From Candidatus Saccharimonadota bacterium (GTDB taxonomy: Bacteria > Bacillota_I > Bacilli_A > Mycoplasmatales > Hepatoplasmataceae), in NCBI RefSeq assembly GCF_000582535.1, contig NZ_CP006932.1:210001-242000 (forward strand): 32,000 bases of DNA, read 5' to 3'. Both the position numbers and the translations under genes were made by a program. Below the pieces are notes generated by a model. That model did no database searches, was not told the DNA's origin, and worked only from the letters and a program-made list of their open reading frames with translations. Each line of letters begins with the position of its first letter. Positions within the stretch are counted from its first letter, which is position 1. Shown here piece after piece: positions 1 to 10,168 of the stretch.

Positions 1-729
1 AAAGATAATTACAAAAAAAGGATTAAATTGATTGCTTTTTAATAAATTAATTAAAGTTTCTAGTCGATCATTATTTAAGATTTTTATTAAATTAATATTA
101 ATCTTTTTTTCTAATTTACTATTTAAATTAATTACTTTTGCTTTAATTTTAAAAAGTTTTTCAATTTTATTCTGCAAATTTTTTTCTAATGTTGCAGAGA
201 AAAAAGAAAAAGAAACATTATTTTTAATTTTTAAAATATCAACAAATTTTTTAATTTGTTCTAATTGTTTAAAATTATCAATCATATCTACTTCATCAAC
301 AACAATATATTTTAGTTTTTTATAGCTAATTGGTGATTTTTTTTGTAAACTAGAAATTTTATCAATTGTTGAAATTATTATTTTTGCTTCTTTATTATAT
401 TTATTTTTTTCTATATCATAATCAAGATTTTTTGTAATTGCAAAATAAGAAAAATTAAGATATTTATTAATTTTTAATAATTGATTTTTCAATTGATGAA
501 TTAATTCATTAGTTGGAACAAGAATAATTGCCTCTACTCCCTTTTTATCCATTTCTATTTGATTTAGAATTGGTAAAAGATAAGCAAGCGTTTTTCCTGT
601 CCCAGTAGGAGATTGACAAAAAAGATTATTTTTAACTTCAAGAATTGAAAATACATCTTTTTGTACTTCCAATAAATTATTAAATTTTTCTGATTCTAAA
701 TATTTGTTTAGATTTATTTTTATCTTCAT
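1..729 (-). CDS. DEAD-box ATP-dependent RNA helicase (N-terminal 243 codons; C-terminus lies beyond the window start)
   Basis: Reverse-strand ORF from ATG at 729, open to position 1. Translation starts MKIKINLNKYLESEKFNNLLEVQKDVF and contains SPTGTGKT (motif I), PTNEL, VVDEVD (motif II) and FSAT (motif III). The + strand track ORF 32..325 is its low-complexity shadow. Confidence 0.85.
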   Translation of the reverse strand, partial: MKIKINLNKYLESEKFNNLLEVQKDVFSILEVKNNLFCQSPTGTGKTLAYLLPILNQIEMDKKGVEAIILVPTNELIHQLKNQLLKINKYLNFSYFAITKNLDYDIEKNKYNKEAKIIISTIDKISSLQKKSPISYKKLKYIVVDEVDMIDNFKQLEQIKKFVDILKIKNNVSFSFFSATLEKNLQNKIEKLFKIKAKVINLNSKLEKKININLIKILNNDRLETLINLLKSNQFNPFFVIIF

Positions 730-765
730 TTGTAATTTCTACCTTTTAATTTATTATATATTTAT

Positions 766-1308
766 ATGAAAATTAATTTTGGAAAATATCGTAGTAAAAA
801 TTTAATAGTAGGAAAAAATCAAAAAATGCGGCCAACACAAGCGATTGCAAAAAAGATTATTTTTAATTTAATAAAAATTAAAAATGAAGATTTAGTTTTG
901 GATCTTTTTGCTGGAACAGGTGCATTAGGATTTGAATCATTATCATTAGGTGCTAAAAAAGTGATTTGAATTGATAATAATTTAAAATCTTATCAAGCAA
1001 TTAAAAATAACATTTTTAATTTAAAATTAGATCAAAAAAATTATCAAGTTTTTCATACAGATTTTCGTAGGGCTCTTAAAAAAATTCCTTATAAACCAAC
1101 AATTATTTTTTTGGATCCTCCATTTATTTCTGAAAAATATTATGATATTAGTTTAAAGTTAATTTTTGAAAATGATTTATTATCTAAGGATGGGATTATA
1201 ATTTTAGAAAAACCTATTGATTACAAAATTGATAATCTTAAATTGTATAATATATTTATTAATAAAAAATTAGGAGTTAATAAAGAAATTATTTTTATAA
1301 AAAAATAA
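766..1308 (+). CDS. rsmD: 16S rRNA (guanine966-N2)-methyltransferase RsmD-like SAM-dependent methyltransferase
   Basis: Track ORFs 766..969 and 1111..1308 share a frame and join across in-frame TGA 967-969 with no TAA/TAG between. Contains LDLFAGTGALGFESLSLGA (SAM-binding motif I) and FLDPPF (DPPF/Y N-methyltransferase motif). It sits immediately upstream of coaD, as in Firmicutes. Confidence 0.8.
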
Positions 1309-1317
1309 ATTAATTAT

Positions 1318-1824
1318 ATGAAAAAAGAAAATACTGATATTCAAAATCAAGAAATCGCAATTTTTCCTGCATCTTTTAATCCAATTCATAATGGTCATAT
1401 TGAACTTATTGAAATTTCAGCAGAAATTTATAAAACATTATATGTGTTTGTTGCAAATAATGAAAGTAAAAATTATTCTGTTGATCTTGAAGAAAGATAT
1501 AAAATTGTAAAAAAAGCAATTTCATCATTGAATAAGGATAATATTATAGTTGTGAAACAAAGTAATTTACAAACAACGGGATTATTTACAAAATTAAATA
1601 AAATTAATGTTGTAATAAGAGGAAGCAGAGAAGTAAAATTATCATCTTATGAATCAATTCTAGCTGATAAATATTTGGAAGATAATAGTCAATTAAAATT
1701 TCATTTTTTTAGTTTTGAAGATGAAAAAACTTCTTCTACTAAAATAAGAGAATTAATTTCAAATAATCAATCAATTAGTGAATTTGTCCCTAAAATTGTT
1801 GAAAAAGATATAATAAAACTATGA
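1318..1824 (+). CDS. coaD: phosphopantetheine adenylyltransferase
   Basis: 168 aa. IAIFPASFNPIHNGHIELIE matches the nucleotidyltransferase (T/H)xGH motif. C-terminal SSTKIRE resembles the CoaD ISST-type motif. Size and rsmD adjacency fit CoaD. Confidence 0.75.
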   Translation: MKKENTDIQNQEIAIFPASFNPIHNGHIELIEISAEIYKTLYVFVANNESKNYSVDLEERYKIVKKAISSLNKDNIIVVKQSNLQTTGLFTKLNKINVVIRGSREVKLSSYESILADKYLEDNSQLKFHFFSFEDEKTSSTKIRELISNNQSISEFVPKIVEKDIIKL

Positions 1825-2387
1825 AAAAACGCGGAAAAATAATTGTTTTTACTGGACCTAGTGGTGTTGGAAAAGAAACTGTTAAAAAATTATTTATTAA
1901 TGATAAAAGGTTTAATCTTCGTTATTCAATTTCAGCAACATCTCGCCCAAAAAGAAAAGGTGAATTAAATGGTAAAAATTATCATTTTTTAACAAAAGAG
2001 AAATTTGAAAAATGAATTAAGAAAAATAAATTTTTAGAATGAGTTATATTTTCAAATAATTATTATGGTACTCCTGATCATTTTTTAAACAAATATTTAA
2101 AAAAAGGTGAGAATGTTTTATTAGAAATAGAACTTATTGGCGCAAAAAAAGTGATAAAAAAATATCCAGATGCTGTTACAATTTTCTTATTGCCTCCAAA
2201 AATTAGTGATTTAGAAAAGCGTTTGTCTTTAAGAAAAACTGAAAATGAGGAAGAAATTAGAAAAAGAATCGAAATTGCAAAAGCAGAAATTAAAGAAAAA
2301 GATTTATTTAAATATAGAGTTGTAAATAAAGAACCTAAAGAAAGTGCAAAAGAAATAATTGAAATTTTAAAAAAGGAACTTTTATAA
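1821..2387 (+). CDS. gmk: guanylate kinase
   Basis: Track ORFs 1821..2015 and 2151..2387 are in the same frame and join through TGA codons. Contains P-loop GPSGVGK, SATSRPKRKGELNGKNYHF and NNYYGTP. There is a 4-nt ATGA overlap with the coaD stop. Confidence 0.9.
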
Positions 2388-2390
2388 ATA

Positions 2391-3122
2391 ATGAAATTTA
2401 ATTTTGCTGGAAGTACAATTAAGGGAGTCAGGGTTGAAAACCAAGACAACTTTACTGTATTTTGAGCAAAAAATAAGAGTTATATAGTTGCAGCAATTGC
2501 AGATGGAATGGGAGGATATAAAGGGGGAAAATTAGCATCAGAAGTAGTAATAAATTTTATTGAAAAAGATTTTGAAAATTTAGATTTAAAAGAAAAGAAT
2601 GATAATGAAATTTTTAATCTAATGATTAGAGAAATCAGATTAGTTCAATTGAAATTAATTGATCTTACAAAAAAAGAAAACGCCCCACTAGAAATGGGGA
2701 CAACAATAAATTTTAATTTAATATATAAAAATAAGATATATACTTTAAATATTGGTGATACAAGAGCCACTCATTATTATAATAAGAAGTTAATTGATAT
2801 TTCTGAAGATCATAATTTAGCTACGCTAGCTAAAAAAGATAGTAATTTTCGAAAATATCGAAAATATACAAATTTTTTAACTTCTGCACTTGGTCCTAAA
2901 AAAGAATCAAGATTAGATATTTTTATTACAAAATTACAAAAAAAAGGAATTCTTATTCTTGCATCAGATGGAATTCATAATTTTGTAAAAAAACAAGAAT
3001 TGAAGAAAATTTTAAAATTAAGAAATCCTGTTGCAAAAAAAGTTGAAAAGATCATTAAGAAAGCAAAAAAAAGTTATTCGAATGATAATATGACTTGCGT
3101 CTTGGTGGAATATGGAATTTAA
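2391..3122 (+). CDS. PP2C-family Ser/Thr protein phosphatase (Stp/PrpC-like)
   Basis: ATG at 2391 is in frame with track ORF 2508..3122 across one TGA. Translation includes MKFNFAGSTIKGVRVENQDNF, AIADGMGG, NIGDTRA, ASDGI and DNMTCVLVE, the typical PP2C metal-binding motifs. It overlaps the kinase start by 11 nt. Confidence 0.85.
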
Positions 3123-4119
3123 GACAAATATAGTTATTAATGATAAATATAAAATTGTTTCTGAAATTGGACGTGGTGCTTCTGCTGTAGTTTATTTGGG
3201 TTATGATTTATTTAGTGAAAAAAATGTAGCTTTAAAAATTCAAAATCAAAAAGATGAATTTTCAAATATGGATAAAAGATTTAAATTAGAAGCAAACGCA
3301 CTTTTAAATTTAAATCATAAAAATATTGTAAGTACTTATGATTATTTTATTTGAAATAATCGTAGAGTAATTGTAATGGAATATTTAGATGGAAAAACTT
3401 TGGAAAGATATATTAAAGAAAAAAAATACCTTTCATCTGAGGAAGTTGCTTCTTTTGCTCTTGAAATTTTAAAAGCATTAGATTATGTTCATCAAAATGG
3501 AATTATGCATCGTGATCTTAAACCAGCAAATATTACAATAACAATTGATAATAAATTAAAATTAATGGATTTTGGAATTATCCAAACATCAATTAATCAA
3601 GAATTAACAAGAGAAGCAAGTATAATCGGAACAATTCAATATCTTGCTCCAGAAATATTTAAAGGAGAAAAATCTTCACCACCTTCAGAAATGTTTTCAA
3701 TTGGTGTTTTACTTTATAGAATGTCAACTGGTGTCTTACCTTTTAAAGGTACAAGTCATGAAGATACAGCAAAAAAAATATTAAATGATGAACCATTACC
3801 ACCGACTAAAATAAATCCTAATTTAGATTCTGGACTTGAAAAAATTATCTTAAAATTATTAGAAAAAGATTATTATAATCGCTATCAAACAGCACAAGAA
3901 ACAATTAAAGCAATTAATGATTATTTGCACAAAAGTAAAAATATTCTTAAATTTAGGACAATTGCACAAGAAAAAAATAAAATAAATCCGGAACAAAAAT
4001 TACAATCAAAATCAAAGAAAAAAGCAAAGAAAATTAAACTATTAAATTATTTGCTTTTTTTTATTACAATTATTATTGTTTTAATAATTGCTTTATTACT
4101 AGTTTTTATTATTAATTAA
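3112..4119 (+). CDS. Ser/Thr protein kinase (PrkC/PknB-like, no PASTA domains, C-terminal TM helix)
   Basis: Track ORFs 3112..3354 and 3376..4119 share a frame and join over a TGA. Contains GRGASAVVY..ALK (ATP site), HRDLKPANI, DFG and YLAPE. The C-terminus LLFFITIIIVLIIALLLVFII is hydrophobic and ends the protein. Confidence 0.9.
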
Positions 4120-4131
4120 AAGGAGATTAAA

Positions 4132-5343
4132 ATGTATTGATTTAAAAGAGTACTTTGAGCCTTTTTCTTATTTTTTTGATTATTTATCTGTTGATTAATA
4201 GTGTTTTTCTTTTTAAAACCACAAGATAATAGTTTTATTTATGATTTTTTAAATAAATATAATCCAATAGAATATATTCCAGAAAATTCTCAACAACATC
4301 CAGGAATAAATTATCAAATTCAATTTGATCAAAAAGTAGAAAAACCGATTGGCTGAAGTGAATTTACTTCAGGAAATCCATCAGAAATTGAAGATTATGT
4401 AGAAAAAAATGTAACTTATGATTCTTCTGTTAATAATATTAATGTTTCAAATTTAGGTAATTATTCTGCTGATATTTATTTTTCAAGTGATCCAACAACA
4501 TGAGAAGATCCAAATATTGATAACCCTTATGGAAACGGGCGATCTTATGAAGTTGTCGGAATTCAAATATCTTATCTTGTTGGTGTATTAAATGTTGTTG
4601 ATTTAGTAAAAGGAGGGGATTTTGAATTTAATCCAATTTGAGATAGTAATGATCTTATTAATCCAGATGATCCAAATTACGATCCTTTAAATACTCCGCT
4701 TACTATTAGAAAAGATGATCCAAGTACATGAACTTTGGAATATCATTTAAATGATATTTCTACTGATCATAGAAATCCATTAGAAAACATTATATTTTAT
4801 AGTTTTTGAATTAATGTTATTTATGAAGATACAGAAAGCAATCAATTATTTATGTCTACTGATTTTTCAGGAATGGATCGCGGATTTGTTGCAAATGATC
4901 ATCAAGAATATAATCAAAATGTAAAAATACAATGAAAAAGGGATAATGGAACTTTTGCTACTGATTATTATAATGGAGACCCAACTGATACTAGAGGACT
5001 TTTATATCCAGAATATGATGAAGTTTATTTTCAATATCAAGATCAAACAGAAAATCCTGTTGATGATATTTCAACTTTAGATTCAATAGTTATACAAATT
5101 CTTAATGTTAATTTATTATCGGTTGCTTATGATAATAATTTACCTGATTGAATAAATGATCACTATGATCAAATTATTTCAAATTTAAATGATACTTTAT
5201 CTTGAGTCGCTTATGTTGTAATTTGTTTTCTTATTACATTTATAATGGCTTTAATTGCTTTAATCTTTTTATTTATTAGTTCCTCTTATAAAAGTAGCGA
5301 TTCCTATATTGAAAAGAAAAATAATAAGCAAAATAAAGAATAA
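4132..5343 (+). CDS. hypothetical membrane protein (N-terminal and C-terminal TM helices, about 330-aa central domain)
   Basis: RBS AGGAG at 4122-4126, ATG at 4132, and hand translation is open to TAA 5341-5343 with 13 in-frame TGA codons. N-terminus MYWFKRVLWAFFLFFWLFICWLIVFFF, C-terminus WVAYVVICFLITFIMALIALIFLFI. It is invisible in the standard-code ORF track. I recognise no family. Confidence 0.6.
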
Positions 5344-5369
5344 TTTAAATTATATTTCTTAAATTAACA

Positions 5370-5397
5370 TTTTTATTGATTTTATAATCAATAAAAA
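5370..5397 (+). terminator. AT-only perfect hairpin (12-bp stem, 4-nt loop) downstream of the membrane protein gene; weak terminator candidate
   Basis: tttttattgatt-ttat-aatcaataaaaa. No 3' T-run on the + strand, so support is weak. Confidence 0.25.
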
Positions 5398-5440
5398 ATA
5401 AAGCATTTTGAAATTATGAAACAATTATAAAGATTAAAAA

Positions 5441-5448
5441 TGTATAAT
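5441..5448 (+). promoter_or_regulatory. extended -10 promoter element TGTATAAT
   Basis: Exact TGnTATAAT 35 nt upstream of ATG 5483. The same ATGTATAAT string precedes rpmF and both other RCC1-like genes. Confidence 0.4.
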
Positions 5449-5482
5449 TTACTTAATTTTATTTAATTTTATTTAATTTGTT

Positions 5483-8404
5483 ATGAAAAAATTTTCAATT
5501 TTATTTCTTATTCCTATTTTGTTATTAGGTATAAAAACTCCTAAATTAAAGGAATTAAATGATATAGAAATAAGTCAAAATGATACTATTATTAGTTTAT
5601 CTTTGAATTCTTATCATAGTGGAATTACCGTTAATACTAATAATGATGGTTACGCCGATACTCTTTATATGTGAGGAGATAATTCTTTTGGTCAACTTGG
5701 TGATGGAACAACAGAAGATTCTTTAGTTCCAATAAAAATAATTCCTCAAGGACAAGCTGATTGAAGCGGTAATTTAATTGATTTATCTTTAGGAGATTCT
5801 CATTCAGGAGTAACAGTTGATACTGATTTAGATGGTTATGCTGATACACTTTATATTTGAGGATCAGATAAATTTGGTCAAATTGGAAATGGATCAATTA
5901 GCAATAATATTTTAATTCCAATAAAAATAACTCCTCAAGGACAAACTGATTGAAGCGGTAATTTAATTGATTTATCTTTAGGAGATTATAATTCAGGAGT
6001 AACAGTTGATACTGATTTAGATGGTTATGCTGATACACTTTATATGTGAGGGTTAAATAATAGCGGTCAAATTGGAAATGGATCAAGTGGAAATAATATT
6101 TCAATTCCAACAAAAATAACACCTCAAGGACAAACTGATTGAGGTGGTAATTTAATTGATTTATCCTTAGGATACAATCATACAGGAGTAACGGTTGATA
6201 CTGATTTAGATGGATTTGGTGATACTCTTTATATGTGAGGAGATAATACATATGGTCAAATTGGAAATGGATCAAATGGCAATAATATTTTAATTCCAAC
6301 AAAAATAGCACCACAAGGACAAACTGATTGAGGTGGTTATTTAATTGATTTATCTTTAGGAAATACTAATACTGGAATTTTAATTGATAGTGATTTTGAT
6401 CAAAATGCCGATACTCTTTATATATGAGGAGATAATCTATATGGTCAAATTGGTGATGGAACAACAAAAGATTCTTTAGTTCCAAAAAAAATAACACCTC
6501 AAGGACAAACTGATTGAGGTGGTAACTTAATTGATTTAGCTTTAGGCCCATCAACTCGAAGTGCAGGAGTTTTAGTTGATGTAAATAATGATCAAAATGC
6601 CGATACTCTTTATATGTGAGGAGATAATTCTTCTGGTCAACTCGGAGATGGAACAACAAAAGTTTCTTCAATTCCAAAAAAAATAACACCTCAAGGACAA
6701 ACTGATTGAAGTGGTAATTTAATTGATTTATCTTTAGGATCATCTCATTCGGGTGTAATAGTTGATATTGATTTCGATGGTTATGCGGATACACTATATA
6801 TGTGAGGATATAATGCTTTTGGTCAACTTGGAGATGGAACAACAATAAGTGAAAGTTATCCAAAATTAATTATTTCATCTTCTCCGTTTTTTATCAAAAA
6901 TTTAGATTTTTTTAGTTATAACAACAAAATTGAATTTAATCTTGAAATAGATGATTATCAAAATATTATAAATGAAGCCCCAGAAGTAATATTAACTGAT
7001 CAAAATGATATTCAATATCAAACAACTTTTATTGCTGATAAATCAAATATTGATAATGATCAATACTATTATCAAGTTAATAATACTTTATATGGCGATA
7101 GTTATAACTTTACAGAAATTTTAATAAATGATAACAGTTTTAACATTGAGCAAAATCAAATATTAACTGATTATTTAATTTCTAATTATAGTTTTATTTC
7201 CTCTACCGAAGAAGAAGCAATTTTATCACTAGATTTAAGTCAAAATAGTGATAATTTTAATCTTGATAATTACACAAATGAACAAAAGCAAATAAATGTT
7301 AATTATACAAATCTTGATAATAATATTAATAATTCACAGCAATTTATTTTAGATCAAACAAATCAAATAAAATTAATAAATCTAAATGCAGAAACAAATT
7401 ATCAAATAGATTCAATTCAATATTTTTATGAAGATGGAAATTATAAATATACAATTGATCAAGAAGCGATGCAATTTCAAACAATTCCTGCAAATCCTAT
7501 TATTTTAGCAGATTCAATTTTAATTATAGAAAATTCAATTACAGCGAATTCTTTTCAATATACAATTGAAATTAATAATTTAAAAATAAATGAAACAAAA
7601 GATAATTTTACACAATATGATATAAATAATGGTATTTGATTAATTGATGAAAATGGCGAAAGTTATAATTCTTCTTTTATTGATGCAAAATTAATTACAA
7701 ATGGAGAAATTAATGGAACACAGAATTATCAATTAACTTTTTTGCAAGAAAATTTAATTAGTGGTCAAACTTATAATTTTACTGGAATTGGTTTTAATGA
7801 TCCAAATGGATCAAATCCTGATACGGTAAATTTTTCAAATTTAATTATAGTTGAGACGACTTTAGTAAATAAAGCCTTTGTTGATAATTCATTTTTAATA
7901 GATCAAAATTCAATTACAACAAATTCTTTTCAATATACAATTGAAATTGATAATTTAATATTAAGTAATGACTTAGAAGAAGAACCTATTTTTTCAAATT
8001 TTGATTTAAATGGAATTCTTTATTTAAAAGATCAAAATAATAATATTTATTCTTCTTATTATATTTCGAATAGTGCTTTAAATCTTGGAATAGGAGAAGA
8101 AGAAGGAACATTTAAATATCAATTTAGATTTGAAGTTAATAATTTAGAACCTAATACTAATTATAATTTTATTAGTTTAAGCTTTACAGATAATTTTGAT
8201 GATACATCTCTAGATATTTCAGAAAATGGTCAAATTATAACTGATAGTAATGCTTCCGCTAAGATAATTATTTATACAATAATTATTATCTTAATATTAA
8301 TTATATTGTTAACTATAATTTTATTATTTATTGATTTAAAAATGAAAAATAAAACAAAAAGAATGGCTGAAGCATTAGATAATCCTGATAATTATAATAA
8401 TTAG
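5483..8404 (+). CDS. surface-anchored RCC1-like seven-blade beta-propeller repeat protein (973 aa) with repeated-module stalk and C-terminal TM anchor
   Basis: Track ORFs 5483..5674 and 7742..8404 share a frame, and hand translation between them is open with many TGA=Trp. The N-terminus is signal-like (MKKFSILFLIPILLLGI). There are seven repeats of LGxSHSGVTVDTDLDGYADTLY(M/I)WGxNxxGQ(L/I)GDGT...P.KITPQGQTDW(G/S)GNLIDL. The C-terminus IIIYTIIIILILIILLTIILLFI is followed by a basic tail. Confidence 0.85.
5590..6860 (+). repeat. in-frame tandem coding repeats, period 186-192 nt, about 7 copies (propeller blades)
   Basis: The conserved Trp TGA of the LY(M/I)WG motif occurs at 5672, 5858, 6047, 6236, 6425, 6617 and 6803. 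Long stretches are nearly identical, e.g. caaggacaaactgattgaggtggtaatttaattgatttatc. Confidence 0.9.
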
Positions 8405-8415
8405 AAAATTAATAA

Positions 8416-8423
8416 TGTATAAT
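8416..8423 (+). promoter_or_regulatory. extended -10 promoter element TGTATAAT upstream of rpmF
   Basis: Exact TGTATAAT 54 nt upstream of ATG 8477. RBS AAGGAG at 8468-8473. Confidence 0.4.
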
Positions 8424-8476
8424 TTGTTGGATATTTTTAGTTTTATTTAATATTTATTAAGTATAAAGGAGAAATT

Positions 8477-8662
8477 ATGGCAATTCCATTTAGAAGAACA
8501 TCTAAAACAAGAAAAGCAAAACGTCGGACACATCAAAAAGCAAAAATGCCAACAACTATTCAATGTCCAAATTGTGGAGCAACAATTAAACCACATACTG
8601 TTTGCAAAGTTTGCGGTTATTATGACAATAAAAAAATTATTGATGTAAAAGAAAAAAATTAA
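8477..8662 (+). CDS. rpmF: 50S ribosomal protein L32
   Basis: MAIPFRRTSKTRKAKRRTH... with CPNCG...CKVCG zinc-ribbon cysteines, 61 aa. Confidence 0.95.
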   Translation: MAIPFRRTSKTRKAKRRTHQKAKMPTTIQCPNCGATIKPHTVCKVCGYYDNKKIIDVKEKN

Positions 8663-9063
8663 TGAATTCAGAATTAAATAATTGTTCAATTCGTGATAAA
8701 AAAATTTATTTTTTTTATAAACAATTTCTTTTTGAAAATAAAAAAAAAGAAATGATAGAAGATCTTTATCAAAATTTTTCTGAATATAATTTTTCAGAAA
8801 AAGCAGAGCAAGAAATTTTTAAAATAATTGAAAATTTTCAAGAGATTGAAAATAAAGTAATAAAAGCACTACCAGATGATTGAAGATGAACAAGAATTAA
8901 TAATTTAGAAAAAGCAATTTTATTTTATTCAATTGCAGAAATGTTTATTTTTAATCAAAAAAAAGCAATAGCAATTGATAATGCAATTGAATTTGCAAAA
9001 AAATATTGTGATGTTAAAACATATCGTTTAATAAATTTGATTTTAGATAAAATAGAAATTTAA
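8662..9063 (+). CDS. nusB: transcription antitermination factor NusB-like
   Basis: ATG 8662 overlaps the rpmF stop (TAATG). Track ORF 8662..8883 continues through two TGA codons to TAA 9061-9063. The C-terminal half reads DDWRWTRINNLEKAILFYSIAEMFIF...AIDNAIEFAKKYCDVKTYRLINLILDKI and matches the NusB pattern. The N-terminal half is divergent. Confidence 0.65.
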
Positions 9064-9064
9064 A

Positions 9065-9098
9065 AATATCTAAAGAATTATCTTTAGATATTTTTTTT
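9065..9098 (+). terminator. rho-independent terminator after nusB
   Basis: aatatctaaaga-atta-tctttagatatt (12-bp stem) followed by a T-run through 9098. Confidence 0.6.
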
Positions 9099-9135
9099 AT
9101 ATATATAATAATTTTGTATATTATAGGTTAAAAAA

Positions 9136-10038
9136 ATGATAAATCACGAACCAGTTTTATTAAAAGAAACAATTCAAAAACTAAAAATTAAAGAAGATGG
9201 AATTTATGTAGATGCTACCTTAGGATTAGGTGGACATAGTGAAGCTATCTTAAAAAAAATTAAAAAAGGAAAATTAATTGCAATAGATCAAGATTTAGAT
9301 GCTTTAAATTTTTCAAAAAATAAATTAAAAGGATATAAAAATATTATTTTTATTCATGGAAATTTTCGAGATTTAAAAGATTATTTAATTAAATTAAAAA
9401 TCGAAAAAATTGATGGAATTATTTATGATTTAGGAACAAGTTATTATCAACTCACCGATATAGGAAGAGGATTTAGTTATAAAGCAAAAGATATTTTATT
9501 GGATATGCGAATGGATCAAAAAAATCAAAAGCTAACAGCTTCAATAATTTTAAATACTTATCCTGAAGAAAAGTTACTTTATATTTTTAAAAGATATGCA
9601 GAAGAAAAATTAGCAAAAAAATTAGTTGAGGAAATAATAAATTATCGTAAAGATACTAAAATACTTTTTAATCATCAATTAAACGAAATTATTGCAAAAG
9701 TTAAGATTTATAATAAAAAGAAGAATCGTTTTAAAAATATTTATCAAGGGTTAAGGATAGAAGTTAATAACGAAATTGATGCAATTGAAAAGTCTTTATT
9801 ACAAGCTGCTGATATTTTAAATAAAAATGGGAGAATAATAGTAATTACATTTCATTCATTAGAAGATCGGATTGTAAAAGATATTTTTTTTAAATTTAAA
9901 GATTTAAAAGAAGAAACAGAATATCAAATTATCAAAAATTTTCGAACATTAAAAACAATTTATCCTTCAAAAGGAGAGATTGAAAAAAATAATTCATCAA
10001 GATCTTCAAGAATGAGAGTATTAGAAAAAATAAGATAA
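9136..10038 (+). CDS. rsmH: 16S rRNA (cytosine1402-N4)-methyltransferase RsmH (MraW)
   Basis: 300 aa. HEPVLLKE, DATLGLGGHS, DLGTSYYQL and FHSLEDRIVK are canonical RsmH motifs. Confidence 0.95.
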   Translation: MINHEPVLLKETIQKLKIKEDGIYVDATLGLGGHSEAILKKIKKGKLIAIDQDLDALNFSKNKLKGYKNIIFIHGNFRDLKDYLIKLKIEKIDGIIYDLGTSYYQLTDIGRGFSYKAKDILLDMRMDQKNQKLTASIILNTYPEEKLLYIFKRYAEEKLAKKLVEEIINYRKDTKILFNHQLNEIIAKVKIYNKKKNRFKNIYQGLRIEVNNEIDAIEKSLLQAADILNKNGRIIVITFHSLEDRIVKDIFFKFKDLKEETEYQIIKNFRTLKTIYPSKGEIEKNNSSRSSRMRVLEKIR

Positions 10039-10168
10039 TGAAAAAAAATAAATTTTATTTTAATAAAATTTAAAAAAATAAAAAATATAAAAAAATCAAT
10101 TAGATATTATAATTATATTTAATATTTATTGTAATATTTATTATGTAAAGGAAATTTATAATATTTAT

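Noticed and set aside
32-325. 97-aa + strand ORF in the track
   Set aside because: Low-complexity Leu/Phe/Ile/Lys shadow of the reverse-strand DEAD-box helicase, which carries clear helicase motifs.
2078-2449. 123-aa reverse ORF. Similar antisense ORFs occur at 8447..8689, 10330..10758, 20493..21083 and 21503..21691.
   Set aside because: Each lies fully inside a well-supported forward gene (gmk, rpmF, ftsZ, the transporter) and has no motifs. They are antisense shadows.
5454-5481. Short direct repeat ttaattttat x2.8 in the 5' UTR of the first RCC1-like gene
   Set aside because: This is AT-rich low complexity. It is absent from the paralogous 5' regions and there is no evidence of function.
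5590-6860. Regularly spaced repeats that could superficially suggest a CRISPR-like array
   Set aside because: The period is about 186-192 nt, with no short repeat/unique spacer structure. The whole region is one open reading frame encoding protein blades.
5637-6863. Three long reverse-strand ORFs (86, 138 and 165 aa) with repetitive LNQ/YQ-rich translations
   Set aside because: They lie antisense to the tandem propeller repeats. The repeat periodicity simply lacks stops on that strand, and the + frame has conserved RCC1 motifs and continuity with a signal peptide and TM anchor.
10038-10168. 11-codon mini-ORF (MKKNKFYFNKI) overlapping the rsmH stop, in the place where ftsA or ftsL might be expected
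   Set aside because: It is too short and low-complexity and has no RBS, so it is treated as an intergenic spacer.
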